DNA of 32,000 bases from Coprobacillaceae bacterium (GCA_963675915.1 OY780959.1:330001-362000), one strand, 5' to 3'; counted from the first letter of the stretch, positions 16,501-25,772 are shown. Made by a program: numbers and translations. Notes: generated by a model from the sequence alone, not told the origin.

Positions 16501-17158
16501 CTCCTTCAAGAAGGAACCGTTTGATGAAACGGCTCAGATTGGATTCATTGTAATTGACAAAATCTCCGGTCAACTCGGTCAGGTCGGTTTCGATATAGTT
16601 GTCAAAGTCGTAGATCGAATTGCTCAAACCTTCCAGGGTTTCAATCGTGCTTTTGATCCGGTTGAAGTTGTAGCCGGGATAGCGCCGTTTGATGAACTGT
16701 TGAAACTGAGGGTCATCGGCCCACTTTCCAAAGGCTTCGTTGAAAGCGGCGTCCCGTAAAATTGCATTGTTGGCGAGGACTTCGAAACTGCTGTCAAGGT
16801 CGATCAAATAGCCGTACTGTTTCAGTATTTCCAGACAGAAAGAATGGAAATTGGTGATATAGGCCTGAGGAAGCAAGTCGATCTGCTTTTCAAGATGAGC
16901 GCGATCGCTATCATCATCAGTGGCCAGGATTTCCTTGCGCAAGTCTTCGCTAAGCCGTTGTTTCATTTCATTGGCCGCGGCATCGGTGAAGGTCAAAACC
17001 ACCAGTTCGTTGACATTGGCTCCTTCAAGAAGCAAGGATAGAATCCGGGTAACCAGAATTTTGGTCTTTCCCGAACCGGCCGGAGCGGAAACCAGAATCG
17101 AGCAGTTGCGGGTCTGAATGGCTTCGATTTGTTTGGTGTTGCAGCTACTTAGGTTCAT
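13565..17158 (-). CDS. addA: ATP-dependent helicase/nuclease subunit A (AddA/RexA, UvrD-like SF1 helicase + RecB-type nuclease)
   Basis: Walker A is 'VSAPAGSGKT'. Also present are 'IMIDEYQDTNPIQ', 'VGDMKQSIYRFRDA', 'TIHASKGLEA' and 'FYVALTRAKEKL'. The C-terminal nuclease motif is 'IYIIDYKTD'. The start overlaps the addB end by 14 nt, with a GGAGG RBS. Confidence 0.92.
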   Translation of the reverse strand: MNLSSCNTKQIEAIQTRNCSILVSAPAGSGKTKILVTRILSLLLEGANVNELVVLTFTDAAANEMKQRLSEDLRKEILATDDDSDRAHLEKQIDLLPQAYITNFHSFCLEILKQYGYLIDLDSSFEVLANNAILRDAAFNEAFGKWADDPQFQQFIKRRYPGYNFNRIKSTIETLEGLSNSIYDFDNYIETDLTELTGDFVNYNESNLSRFIKRFLLEGARTGMTRVELVGEYCQSVGFSYYFDNETKKETETSPYNAYRKYYQTIIDFIETRPLSEIVKQNFEVDKRYRIPWKKAGISDEIKKEYQALTDKIDKEYALVFDKIITPLADDRQLIGQSTLADLNFLVSLALDYKKCYRKLKQDQNYLDFNDLEQYAIKLLQPELNVALKIHGSLKEIMIDEYQDTNPIQENIIDLIANVAQPNINRFMVGDMKQSIYRFRDADPKIFKEKYDSFARVENPNKRIELNYNYRSHKIVLDSINFIFNQIMDESIGGLEYYEDPNAQLNYDLGPDLFKVQDPKSSQSRKDHSSEILLVDKTAGNYDNDEYEAICVALRIKELFDDGYQPEDVNILVRSTTQLMTFKNIFDRMAIANEIVLKSGFYQSNEIANLINVIRFLNTAHDDIALASIMLGNYRISNFDESILLKLDREGSLYSNIKELIENQKSGHEELVGFFNYLEQLRDYAKTHHLDETIAKFIEDSGYRSFNGALRNGEQRVANINLFVELLQDYRGLSLLETVANFDTMLKNGVDIAPGMMAKTDNNAVKFMTIHASKGLEAKIIFVSTCHKQFNTEDTKQETVFFNQLGLTTHPIMFKQNEDGFGSPVKFENSFYKLIATNIKKESIDEEMRIFYVALTRAKEKLIITGQIKDPSTIVNWAKKAVQNDYFESGDHVIINRYLAKANNYLDWTMPAVMRHPDILKQIKQGSLTITGRSEFEDELEPLLQKIMIYNGANQKLIGQSNTQDSSFKISYYPHDILEEKTSHYNFKAIEPEYVRFDQIDFASYNQTLKEKSVGVTSLIGHPDEKYDSFDFSADQPGVTATTRGTIVHRIIELLTKRFDGDFETTIALIKAEEFDGNQEALEIAASYHDRLGEFTKGELFTRIATFDQVYQEKSLAIKKDGQIVHAIIDCLGFKEDQIYIIDYKTDRVKRGLDETTLIDLHRTQLDYYRDFIQELFPDYQIINCLHYLHTNQTVYF

Positions 17159-19895
17159 CTTGGTTTACCTCCTTTGATAAGTCACGATACTCATTGTAGA
17201 AAATGTCAAAATTGCAGATGGTCTTGTAATCGCAATAGGTGCAGGGCTTGAGGTGCTCCTTGTCCCGCAAATCAGAAATGATCGGTCGAATCGAGATATC
17301 TCCTTTTTTCATCCGTCCATCGAGTTCCCCTACATATGAGAGGATGGCTGAAAAAAGTTCATCAAGTTCGGCTGGGGTTTTTAATGGGGCATTGGCTTTG
17401 AAACTGCCGTCTTTTTTGCGGCCGCCTTTGAAGACCAGGGAATCACTTTGGGGTTCGATATCATCGATATCATCGACATGGGCTTCGTTGATCAGCGAGT
17501 CGAGGCGATGTTCCTTTAAAAAGGCGTTGCTGTCAAGTTCGTAAGTGGAAATCGGTTCACTGGTGGCAATGGTCGAAGGGGCGTAGTTGAAATAGAAGAC
17601 TCCCCCGGGCTGGAGATTTTGCTCCTGAGCCACCATGTAAAGGTAAAGCAGCATCTGGATATTGACTCCCAGTTTGAGCAGGTCGTCTTTCAAAGATTTT
17701 TTCGAGCCCTTGTAGTCTATCACATCGATGAATTCCTTGGAATTGTTGACCCGGTCGATTTTGCCATGGAGTGCCAGTTGCTCAAGTTCAAGCGAAGTGT
17801 ATTTTTCGGTGGCCATGATCTGGCAGCTGCCCAATTGATACTGACGGTTCAAGATGGCAATCGTGGTTGGCAGATCTTCTAAAATCCGCCGGGCCAGCAG
17901 GCGGTTGTAGCTGTTTGGTTCGAACTGATGATCTTCGAAGTACTCTGCCGAAACCCGGTTTAGATGGCTGATCAACCGGTCACGGTCAAATTCCTCGATG
18001 AATTCTTTGGCGCTTTCAATCAGGCTGTGGATATAGGATCCGATATGATTGGCTTGCATCCTGGCGGTGGCGAATTTGTCAATCTTGGCAATATACTGCA
18101 GGAAGTACTTGTAGGCGCAGGAATTGTACAGTTCGAGCTGCGAAGGCGAAAGCTTGCCGGTCTTGTGGCTAAAATCAACCGTACCGGGCTGGTTTTTGGT
18201 CGCGGTGAAGTTGCTGATGGTCTGATTGAGGAAGGTCTCGTTGGCATCGTAGCGGTGGTGAACATACATGTTGTCCTTGAGTTTGGGATGGGTGAAGAAG
18301 GTCGCAATCTTCTTGGTATCATGTCCGTAGCGTTCAATCAGGTTTTTAAGCACCGAAGCCATCAGCAGCGTATCCCCCGAGAGGCTGTTGGCCGGGCAGC
18401 AAAAAATCATATTCTCGATTTGCGAACAGTAGAGACTTAAAACCTGGCTGTTTTCGCGGTCCATTTGTTCCTTGATGGTTGGCAGGTTGAGTTGGGCCAG
18501 TTCATCATCAAGAAGCAGCTGGTTGTTCTTGATTCGCATTGGAATATTATTTTCATTGAAGTTGACCACATAGGCGGTTTTGATCTCCAAAAGTTCAAGC
18601 AACGGGCTGGCCAGCTCAAGGATGTAGACATGGTCGCTAAGGACTGGCGTCTTGGTTGGGCCGTTGGAAACGGTGATGAAGACCAGATCGAAATAATCAC
18701 GGATTGCAATCGAATCGGAGTAACTTTGCAACTGTTCCAAGGCACTGATGATCTCCAGGGTGTTCTGGTCGGTGACCAGACTGTCTTTGATAAAAGTGAT
18801 CAGGCTGTCGGTCATCGCTTTGATGGTCATCCCGTCATTGAGCTTAAATCCCTCCAGCAAAGAAGCGTCGATTTGATCGGTTTTGTAGAAGTTGACGATA
18901 TCATGTTCGTTGGTGGCCGAAATCACGGCCGGGTTGGTCAAAAAGCCCAGCAGGGTCTTGTCATCCCGGGTGGCATAATAGCGGGCCAGGGCCCCCAAAG
19001 CTTCATAGCTGTTGTTTTTTGCTTCTATGACTCCGTTGCTTGGAATCTCGAATTCTTCGAGCAAGCTGGTGATGGCAAGCTTGTCGCTGGGATTGTTGAC
19101 AATGATGGCAAAATCATGGTAGGCCATCTTCTCCCGGTTGATTTTGGTGGAGATTTCATTGGCCAACAGGCGGTATTGCTGATAAGTGGTACCAGTAGGC
19201 CACAGCACATAAGGAGTGGTTAGCTCACAAGCGGCGTCGCTGGTGAAAAACTCACTCTGGAGATGGTCAGCCAGATCGCTGTCACTGTAGCTGGAATAAT
19301 CAAGAACTTCGACTGCGGTTAGTTCTTTTAAAGCCCTGATCAGTTTGGTCTGTTTGACGTTGTAATGGTCGAAGAAAAAATAGAAATGGTTGTCTTTGAG
19401 CGTTGCGTCGAAGCGGCTGATCAGGTCATCTTCGAATCCGATTCGCTCCTTGGAATCCAGATGGTTTAGATAGAGCTCAAAGATGGTCTCGATTTCCCGG
19501 AGTTTGTTCTGGGAAAGCTGGGCCAGTGTCTCCATCCCAGCAAAGTCGCATTCATAGTTGTACAAATCGACCAGATAGCGCTGCAAATTGGCGCAGGTAT
19601 CATAGCTGGGATTGGCAAAAGTCGCATAGTAATTGGCCAGCAGCAAGCGCCGCAAAAAGACCAGGCCATCGAGCTGGTTGACTGGTTTTAGATAGTTGAG
19701 ACTGAAGCGGTCTTTCAAAACGGCAATCAGCTCGTTATAGGTGATGATTTCGATATTGAACAGCGCGCCGGTTCGCTTGAGAAAAGCCTCTTCAAGCAGC
19801 AGTTTGTCCTTGGCAATCACATAGTGGCTGACAAAGGGCTGCTTTTTGGCGGCGGCAATGATTTGATTGATTTTGTTGATATTAAGATTAGTCAT
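17145..19895 (-). CDS. addB: helicase-nuclease subunit B (AddB-type, short form, no Walker A, Fe-S cysteines present)
   Basis: The position upstream of and overlapping addA supports the call. The C-terminal RecB-type nuclease motif is 'FIDVIDYKGSKK'. The four-Cys pattern is 'LYNSCAYKYF' plus 'KPCTYCDYKTIC'. At 916 aa it is shorter than the roughly 1150-aa length I recall for Bacillus AddB. Confidence 0.82.
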   Translation of the reverse strand: MTNLNINKINQIIAAAKKQPFVSHYVIAKDKLLLEEAFLKRTGALFNIEIITYNELIAVLKDRFSLNYLKPVNQLDGLVFLRRLLLANYYATFANPSYDTCANLQRYLVDLYNYECDFAGMETLAQLSQNKLREIETIFELYLNHLDSKERIGFEDDLISRFDATLKDNHFYFFFDHYNVKQTKLIRALKELTAVEVLDYSSYSDSDLADHLQSEFFTSDAACELTTPYVLWPTGTTYQQYRLLANEISTKINREKMAYHDFAIIVNNPSDKLAITSLLEEFEIPSNGVIEAKNNSYEALGALARYYATRDDKTLLGFLTNPAVISATNEHDIVNFYKTDQIDASLLEGFKLNDGMTIKAMTDSLITFIKDSLVTDQNTLEIISALEQLQSYSDSIAIRDYFDLVFITVSNGPTKTPVLSDHVYILELASPLLELLEIKTAYVVNFNENNIPMRIKNNQLLLDDELAQLNLPTIKEQMDRENSQVLSLYCSQIENMIFCCPANSLSGDTLLMASVLKNLIERYGHDTKKIATFFTHPKLKDNMYVHHRYDANETFLNQTISNFTATKNQPGTVDFSHKTGKLSPSQLELYNSCAYKYFLQYIAKIDKFATARMQANHIGSYIHSLIESAKEFIEEFDRDRLISHLNRVSAEYFEDHQFEPNSYNRLLARRILEDLPTTIAILNRQYQLGSCQIMATEKYTSLELEQLALHGKIDRVNNSKEFIDVIDYKGSKKSLKDDLLKLGVNIQMLLYLYMVAQEQNLQPGGVFYFNYAPSTIATSEPISTYELDSNAFLKEHRLDSLINEAHVDDIDDIEPQSDSLVFKGGRKKDGSFKANAPLKTPAELDELFSAILSYVGELDGRMKKGDISIRPIISDLRDKEHLKPCTYCDYKTICNFDIFYNEYRDLSKEVNQDEPK

Positions 19896-19954
19896 GGTTT
19901 CACCTCACTTATGTATTATATCAAATGCGTTACATTAATTAAACGAAAAGACGC

Positions 19955-19983
19955 AAAATAGGAACCTGATAACAGGTTCCTAT
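19955..19983 (-). terminator. rho-independent terminator after nadE
   Basis: On the - strand: ataggaacctg-ttat-caggttcctat followed by tttt, 9 nt after the nadE stop. Confidence 0.75.
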
Positions 19984-19991
19984 AACGGGTA

Positions 19992-21896
19992 TTATAATTG
20001 TTCCAATTCATTGACAAACATCTTGTAACTGGCATCACTAGGCATTCTCCAGTCACCGCGGGGCGACAGGGATACCGAACCGACTTTCGGTCCGTCGGGG
20101 ATGCATGAACGTTTGAATTGTTGGGTGAAGAAACGGCGGTAGAACAGCGTGAGCCATTTCTTGATTGTTTCATCACCATACTTGTCCTGGTAAGCCAGCC
20201 GTGTTTTGCGGAACAGCTTGCGGGGACGGTCATTGAAGCGGATGAAGTGATACAAGAAGAAGTCATGGAGCTCGTACGGTCCGACGATATCTTCAGTTTT
20301 CTGGTGGATTTCATCTTCCTTGATTGGCAGCAGTTCCGGAGAAACCGGAGTTGCCAGGATGTCCTGCAGGGTGTGCGATAGTTCTTTGGAAGCAACCAGG
20401 GAAGCGACATAGTCAACTAGGTAGCGCACCAAGGTTTTGGGCACTGACATGTTGAGGGCGTACATCGACATATGATCGCCGTTGTAAGTCGACCAACCCA
20501 GCGCCACTTCCGAAAGGTCCCCGGTACCGATCACCAAACCGCCGATTTTGTTGGCGGTGTTCATCAGCATCTGGGTGCGGGTGCGGGCCTGGACATTTTC
20601 ATAAGTGACCGAATGGTCATTGATGTCATGGTTGAGATCCTCGAATTGCGACAATACCGTTTTGGTGATGTCGATTTCCTGCTTGGTCACTCCCAACTCA
20701 TCCATCAGGATGATGGCATTGTTGTAAGTGCGGGAAGTCGTTCCAAAACAGGGCATCGTGATCGCGATGATGTTTTTGGGATCGTAGTTGAGTTTTTCAA
20801 ATGCGAATGAGCAGACCAGCAAAGCCAGAGTCGAATCGAGTCCGCCTGAAATCCCAATCACTACTTTTTTGATTCCGGTGGCCTTGAGTCGTTTGATCAG
20901 ACCGTTGATCTGGATTGAGAATACTTCCTTGCAGCGGATATCGCGCCGATCCTTGAGTGAAGGGACGAAGGGATTCTGGCTGTAGAAGTAGTTGACATCA
21001 AGATTGTGCGGTTTCAAAGCAAAACCGATTTTTTGATAGTCGAAGCGGTTTTCGTATGTTGTCATTCTCCGGCGCTGAGCGGTCAGTTTAAGCAGATCAA
21101 GATCGCCATAGATTACGCTCGAATCAAACAAAGGTGATTCCTTGATCACAGTACCGTTTTCGCAGATCAGGTTGTGCCCGGAAAAGACGATGTCGGTAGT
21201 TGATTCGCTGTCACTTGAACAGGCATAGACATATCCGGCAATCAATGATGCCGATTGCATGGAAACCAGTTGCCGGCGATACTCTGATTTGGTGGTTACT
21301 TCATTTGATCCTGAAAGGTTCAAGATCACATTGGCTCCGTTTAAGGCCAGCGAGTTGCTAGGCGGGTTGGGAACCCAGAGATCTTCGCAGATTTCCACGC
21401 CGAAGGAAAATTCCTTCATCATCGAGTTCTGGAAGACGAATTTCTTGCCAAATGGAATTTTATGGCCGTTTAACTCGAAGACCAGATTTTCTTCAGGCGC
21501 TTTGGCAAAACGGCGCCCTTCATAGAATTCATGATAATTGGGAATATGCGTTTTGGGAACCAAAGCCAGGATTTCTCCGTCGAAAAGCACCGCTGCCACA
21601 TTGTACAGTTTGTTTTGATGTTCGACCGGCAGTCCGACAGCAACCACCATTCCTTTGTCCTTGGTATGGCTCGCAATCCGCTCAAGTGAGTTGAGACACT
21701 CCTCAAGCAGCATTTCTTGGAAGACCAGATCTTCCAGGGTGTATGAACTGAGGGTAAGCTCGTTGAATGTCAGAATCTGGCAGTCATTGGCTCTGGCCTC
21801 GTCGATTATCTTGATTATTTCTTTTTCGTTTGCGGTCGGATTGGCGATTTGAATATCGAAATTCGCGGCACCTACCCGGATATATCCATCAATCAT
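19992..21896 (-). CDS. nadE: glutamine-dependent NAD+ synthetase (N-terminal CN-hydrolase/glutaminase domain + C-terminal synthetase)
   Basis: The PP-loop is 'VIGISGGLDSTLAL'. The CN-hydrolase part includes 'FNELTLSSY' and 'GVEICEDLW'. Length is 634 aa, with an AGGAGG RBS 7 nt upstream. Confidence 0.9.
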   Translation of the reverse strand: MIDGYIRVGAANFDIQIANPTANEKEIIKIIDEARANDCQILTFNELTLSSYTLEDLVFQEMLLEECLNSLERIASHTKDKGMVVAVGLPVEHQNKLYNVAAVLFDGEILALVPKTHIPNYHEFYEGRRFAKAPEENLVFELNGHKIPFGKKFVFQNSMMKEFSFGVEICEDLWVPNPPSNSLALNGANVILNLSGSNEVTTKSEYRRQLVSMQSASLIAGYVYACSSDSESTTDIVFSGHNLICENGTVIKESPLFDSSVIYGDLDLLKLTAQRRRMTTYENRFDYQKIGFALKPHNLDVNYFYSQNPFVPSLKDRRDIRCKEVFSIQINGLIKRLKATGIKKVVIGISGGLDSTLALLVCSFAFEKLNYDPKNIIAITMPCFGTTSRTYNNAIILMDELGVTKQEIDITKTVLSQFEDLNHDINDHSVTYENVQARTRTQMLMNTANKIGGLVIGTGDLSEVALGWSTYNGDHMSMYALNMSVPKTLVRYLVDYVASLVASKELSHTLQDILATPVSPELLPIKEDEIHQKTEDIVGPYELHDFFLYHFIRFNDRPRKLFRKTRLAYQDKYGDETIKKWLTLFYRRFFTQQFKRSCIPDGPKVGSVSLSPRGDWRMPSDASYKMFVNELEQL

Positions 21897-21988
21897 TGCA
21901 TAACCTCCTGATTTTTTAAATTATAGCATTGTTTGTTTGGGTAATTCAATATATACTTATGGATAAGACAACTAAAGGCGGTGGAATA

Positions 21989-22186
21989 ATGTATCAAGGA
22001 ATTAAACTGGCAATCTATATCATCTGTATCATGATTTCAATGTACAGCCTCTCGGCAATCAAGTTCGATGCTTTCATTCGCAAGGGTCAGGAGCGGCTCT
22101 TTTACGTATTTTTCATCATCCTTTCGCTGGTGCTGGGCTATAATCTGGCCCAATTCATTTTCGATTTCACGACTATTCACTTCTAA
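21989..22186 (+). CDS. small integral membrane protein, DUF1146 (YwzB-like)
   Basis: The 65-aa product from ATG 21989 is 'MYQGIKLAIYIICIMISMYSLSAIKFDAFIRKGQERLFYVFFIILSLVLGYNLAQFIFDF'. Two TM helices flank a basic loop, the pattern I recall for DUF1146. The track's upstream start at 21929 lacks an RBS. Confidence 0.6.
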   Translation: MYQGIKLAIYIICIMISMYSLSAIKFDAFIRKGQERLFYVFFIILSLVLGYNLAQFIFDFTTIHF

Positions 22187-22208
22187 GACTTCGCTGAAGT
22201 CTTTTTTT
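22186..22208 (+). terminator. rho-independent terminator
   Basis: agacttc-gct-gaagtct followed by tttttt, beginning at the stop codon. Confidence 0.7.
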
Positions 22209-22355
22209 ACGCCCGGGCAATATTCAAAAAATCAAAAAAGTATGATAAAATAAGATAAATTGATAGCGGTGCTTTACAATTACCGCCATTAATGTAAGTG
22301 TTTAACCACGTTTGGAGAATTGATTTGGAAATATCGGTTAAATATTGAAAAATCA

Positions 22356-22383
22356 TTGCATAAGTCTTTAAACATGTTAAAAT
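22356..22383 (+). promoter_or_regulatory. sigma-A-type promoter candidate with extended -10
   Basis: TTGCAT, 16-nt spacer ending in TGT, then TAAAAT (22378-22383). Confidence 0.45.
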
Positions 22384-22414
22384 ATATAGGAATAAAATCA
22401 AGGAGGAATTAAGA

Positions 22415-23404
22415 GTGCCATTCTCAAAAGAAATAGGTATCGATTTAGGTACTGCAAATATATTGATCTACGTCAAAGGTGAAGGAATTGTTGTCAATGA
22501 ACCTTCAGTTGTAGCTATAGATGATGAAACAAAACGCGCCTTGGCTGTCGGACAGGAAGCCAAAGACATGCTTGGTAAAACACCAGGAAGAGTAAAAGCG
22601 ATCAGACCGCTTAAAGACGGAGTTATAGCTGATTTCCAAATCACTGAAATCCTGTTGACTCATTTCATCAACAAACTTAATCTTAAAGGGATCTTTTCAA
22701 GACCAACTATCTTGATCTGCTGTCCTTCAAATATCACATCAATTGAAAAATCAGCAATCAAAGATGCTGCTCAAAGATGTGGAGCCAGAAAAGTATTCAT
22801 CGAAGAAGAACCGAAAGTTGCGGCTATCGGAGCGGGACTTGATATCTCAAGACCAACCGGTAACATGGTAATCGATATCGGTGGGGGTACTTGTGATATC
22901 GCAGTTCTTTCACTTGGTGAAATCGTAACCAGCTCTTCTTTGAAAATCGCGGGTGACCGGATGGACGAAGAAATCATCAAATTCGTCAAAGAAAAATACA
23001 AATTATTGATCGGGGACCGTACTGCTGAACAAATCAAAGTTCAAATCGGATGTGCCATCAAAGGAATGTCTGACAAGACTATGGATGTAAGAGGTCGTGA
23101 CTTGGTTACCGGTCTGCCACATACCATCACATTGACTGCTGATGAAATCGAATTGGCATTGCGTGAAACTTGTCAAAGAATCTTACGTGAAACTCGAATC
23201 GTTCTGGAACAAACACCACCTGAATTGGCGGCTGATATCGTTGAACGAGGAATTTTCCTGACTGGTGGGGGCGCATTGCTTCTTGGAATGGATAAATTAT
23301 TGGAAGACGAACTTAATGTTCCGGTATTCGTAGCTGAAGACGCGCTTAACTGTGTTGCTAACGGATGTGGAATCATGCTTGAAAACCTGCATTACGTAAA
23401 ATAG
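22415..23404 (+). CDS. mreB: rod-shape-determining actin homologue MreB/Mbl
   Basis: Motifs are 'IGIDLGTANILIY', 'NEPSVVA', 'KAIRPLKDGVIADF', 'VIDIGGGTCDIAV' and 'GIFLTGGGALL'. The GTG start has an AGGAGG RBS 8 nt upstream. No mreC or mreD lies downstream, which is an mbl-like context. Confidence 0.92.
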   Translation: MPFSKEIGIDLGTANILIYVKGEGIVVNEPSVVAIDDETKRALAVGQEAKDMLGKTPGRVKAIRPLKDGVIADFQITEILLTHFINKLNLKGIFSRPTILICCPSNITSIEKSAIKDAAQRCGARKVFIEEEPKVAAIGAGLDISRPTGNMVIDIGGGTCDIAVLSLGEIVTSSSLKIAGDRMDEEIIKFVKEKYKLLIGDRTAEQIKVQIGCAIKGMSDKTMDVRGRDLVTGLPHTITLTADEIELALRETCQRILRETRIVLEQTPPELAADIVERGIFLTGGGALLLGMDKLLEDELNVPVFVAEDALNCVANGCGIMLENLHYVK

Positions 23405-23435
23405 GAAGTTTTATTGATTCTTTTAGGGAGGAACA

Positions 23436-24731
23436 ATGGACAATATCTATCAACAATTACTATTGCAATTGATCTTGATCTTGCTTAACGCCTTTTTTGC
23501 GATGAGTGAGATCGCGGTAATTTCATTTAATGACACCAAACTGGAAAAACTTGCAAACGAAGGTAATAAGAAGGCTAAAAAACTGAATAGACTGCTTAAG
23601 GATCCGGCTAAGTTTCTGGCTACCATCCAGGTGGCTATCACTTTGTCTGGTTTCATGGGTTCGGCCTTCGCTTCCCAATCGTTTGCGGACGGTCTGGTCA
23701 ATCTCTTGCAATCGCTGGGGATCTCCAATGATCTCTCGATGCTTCATAGCATTGCGGTAGTTGTGATTACCATCATTTTGTCATACATCACTTTGGTGCT
23801 TGGCGAATTGGTTCCCAAAAGAATCGGACAGCAGTATCATGAACAGATTGCCCTGTTTTCAGCCAGCGTAATCAAGGTGGTGGCGAAAATATTCGGGCCG
23901 CTGGTTTGGTTTTTGACTTTGTCGACCAACTTGGTGTTGCGCCTGGTTGGTATCAATCCCAATGCCATTGACCGCGAGATCGGTGAAGAAGAGATTTTGA
24001 TGATGGTTGATGCCAGTTCCGTCAAAGGGACCATCGATATCGATGAGGCTTTGATCATTGACAATATCTTCAAGTTCGACGACAAGTATGCCGAAGAACT
24101 GCTGACCCACCGTTCCGATGTCATTTTCCTGGATGCCAATGATGATTTTGCCATCTGGAAGGAAATTGTTGATAGCAATGAACATTCGCTCTATCCGATT
24201 GTCAATGACAGCATGGATGAAGTGCTGGGAATTGTTCATGTCCGGGATGTCTATCGGACCCTGGATAAGGAGATCATCATTAATGAGAAAATGCGCAAGC
24301 CGTATTTTGTCTATGAAAACATGCGGGCAGACTATCTGTTTGCCTCAATGAAAGCTAAAAAGGAATCGATGGCGATTGTCGTCGATGAATATGGCGGAGT
24401 CACCGGAATCATCACATATGCGGATATTCTTGAAGAGATTGTCGGCGAATTTGTCGAAGAATCTTTGGATAATCAGATTCGCAAGCTCAAAGAGCATGAG
24501 TATCTGGTTTATGGAACCACTCCGATTGAAAATGTCGATGCCATGCTGGGTTCGACGTTCAACAGTGACGAGTACGAAACTGTGGGCGGCTTTTTGTTCC
24601 ACCATTTCGACCAGATTCCCGATGACGGAACCCAACCATCGCTTAGAATCGGCAAGTACAAGTTCAAGGTCATTGAGATCAAGAACCACCGGATTGTCAA
24701 AGCGATAATAAAGGAGATTGTTGATGAGTAA
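23436..24731 (+). CDS. CNNM/DUF21-CBS-CorC_HlyC family membrane protein ('hemolysin family'/TlyC-like, putative Mg2+/Co2+ efflux-related)
   Basis: The N-terminal DUF21 TM region includes 'LNAFFAMSEIAVIS' and 'LVLGELVPKRI'. A CBS pair follows, then a C-terminal transporter-associated domain. Length is 431 aa. Confidence 0.85.
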   Translation: MDNIYQQLLLQLILILLNAFFAMSEIAVISFNDTKLEKLANEGNKKAKKLNRLLKDPAKFLATIQVAITLSGFMGSAFASQSFADGLVNLLQSLGISNDLSMLHSIAVVVITIILSYITLVLGELVPKRIGQQYHEQIALFSASVIKVVAKIFGPLVWFLTLSTNLVLRLVGINPNAIDREIGEEEILMMVDASSVKGTIDIDEALIIDNIFKFDDKYAEELLTHRSDVIFLDANDDFAIWKEIVDSNEHSLYPIVNDSMDEVLGIVHVRDVYRTLDKEIIINEKMRKPYFVYENMRADYLFASMKAKKESMAIVVDEYGGVTGIITYADILEEIVGEFVEESLDNQIRKLKEHEYLVYGTTPIENVDAMLGSTFNSDEYETVGGFLFHHFDQIPDDGTQPSLRIGKYKFKVIEIKNHRIVKAIIKEIVDE

Positions 24732-25506
24732 AGTATTGTTTTTTGATGTGGATGGAACTTTGATTCTCCATCAAGAGGGCATCAACGAAATTGATCAGCG
24801 AGTGATCAGTAAACTAAAAGAAATCAAGGAACAGGGCAATCATTTGTTTATTGCCACCGGGCGTCCCTATGCCTTTGTCAATGAATATTTGAAGTCACTG
24901 GATTTTGATGGTCTTGTCATGGCTAATGGTTCCCATGTAATGATTGATGGCAAGACCATCTTTGAAAATACTTTGGGTGAATCCAATGTCAAACGGTTGG
25001 TCGAATTTATGGACAGCAACAAAATCGAATATATACTCCAGGATAATGCGTATGGATATATCAAACCTCATTTTGAAAATTTGCTTTCATTCTATCAAAC
25101 TGCAGCAGTCAATGAAAATCAGCTGGTGTATGATTTTGATGAATCGGTATTTGACAAAATCATCAAAATTGAAGTCAACATGCCTAAAGGTTTGGAACAA
25201 AGATTCATGGATTTGCTTGGTAATGATTTCAACTATGACTATAATGGGTCAATGGATTACTTTGAAATTTATGATAAAAAGATCAACAAAGCCGAAGGTA
25301 TTGTCAAAACTTTGGAGTTTTACGACCTGAACATTTCAGACAGTTACGCTTTTGGTGACGGTTATAATGATATCGATATGATCAAAGCAGTCGGTTGCGG
25401 TGTGGTCATGGGCAACGGAGTCGATGAACTTAAAGCTATCGGTGATTACATCACCGATGACTTCTTGGATAACGGTCTTTTGAACGCCCTTAACAGATTC
25501 TTCTAG
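24724..25506 (+). CDS. Cof-type HAD-IIB family hydrolase (second paralogue in the window)
   Basis: Motifs are 'VLFFDVDGTLI', 'FIATGRPY' and 'FGDGYNDIDMIKAVGCGVVMGNG'. I prefer ATG 24724, with an AAGGAG RBS 7 nt upstream, over the track's TTG at 24718. The gene overlaps the previous stop by 8 nt. Confidence 0.85.
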   Translation: MSKVLFFDVDGTLILHQEGINEIDQRVISKLKEIKEQGNHLFIATGRPYAFVNEYLKSLDFDGLVMANGSHVMIDGKTIFENTLGESNVKRLVEFMDSNKIEYILQDNAYGYIKPHFENLLSFYQTAAVNENQLVYDFDESVFDKIIKIEVNMPKGLEQRFMDLLGNDFNYDYNGSMDYFEIYDKKINKAEGIVKTLEFYDLNISDSYAFGDGYNDIDMIKAVGCGVVMGNGVDELKAIGDYITDDFLDNGLLNALNRFF

Positions 25507-25531
25507 CAAAACATTAATAATTATAAACTTC

Positions 25532-25559
25532 GAACAACCATAATGGTTGTTCTTTTTTT
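25532..25559 (+). terminator. rho-independent terminator
   Basis: gaacaacca-taa-tggttgttc followed by ttttttt. Confidence 0.8.
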
Positions 25560-25772
25560 GATTAGCTAAAGGCACCATAAATTTCTGGAGCAACCGTGGA
25601 TAGATTCCAATTACCCCATTATAGAAATCTGGTTTAAAGCAAAACCAGATTATAAAATTCACCCGACCAAGACAGACTATAACATTAACTTCTAAGTTCA
25701 TTAGGCCAGTGCAGCGCATTTAACAAACCTAAACCAACTTAAATTTGCAATACTCCTAAATTGTTTACCCGA

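Noticed and set aside
13526-16759. Long + strand ORFs (13526-14062, 15296-15979, 15986-16759 and smaller ones) opposite addA
   Set aside because: They lie entirely antisense to a gene with unambiguous helicase and nuclease motifs. They have no RBS, and their translations are low-complexity (rich in V, F, D, G, I and L), as expected for the reverse frame of a Lys/Glu/Asn-rich gene. They are shadow ORFs.
17239-19223. + strand ORFs (17964-18440, 18465-19223 and others) and alternative - frame ORFs opposite or inside addB
   Set aside because: The reasoning is the same as for addA. They are antisense or out-of-frame shadows of a well-supported CDS, with no start signals and no recognisable motifs.
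21929-21988. Upstream start codons offered by the ORF track (21929 for DUF1146; also 27795 for secG, 30486 for smpB, 24718 for HAD, 13422 for LysR)
   Set aside because: In each case a downstream ATG has a properly spaced Shine-Dalgarno and gives the canonical N-terminus. The upstream non-ATG or unanchored starts lie in or before the RBS.
25336-25719. 127-aa - strand ORF starting in the 25560-25720 intergenic region (a possible small hydrophobic toxin)
   Set aside because: It has no Shine-Dalgarno. It reads through the HAD terminator and then antisense into the HAD gene. It has no recognisable motif and is most likely spurious. The other mini-ORFs in the region (12-15 aa) also lack an RBS.
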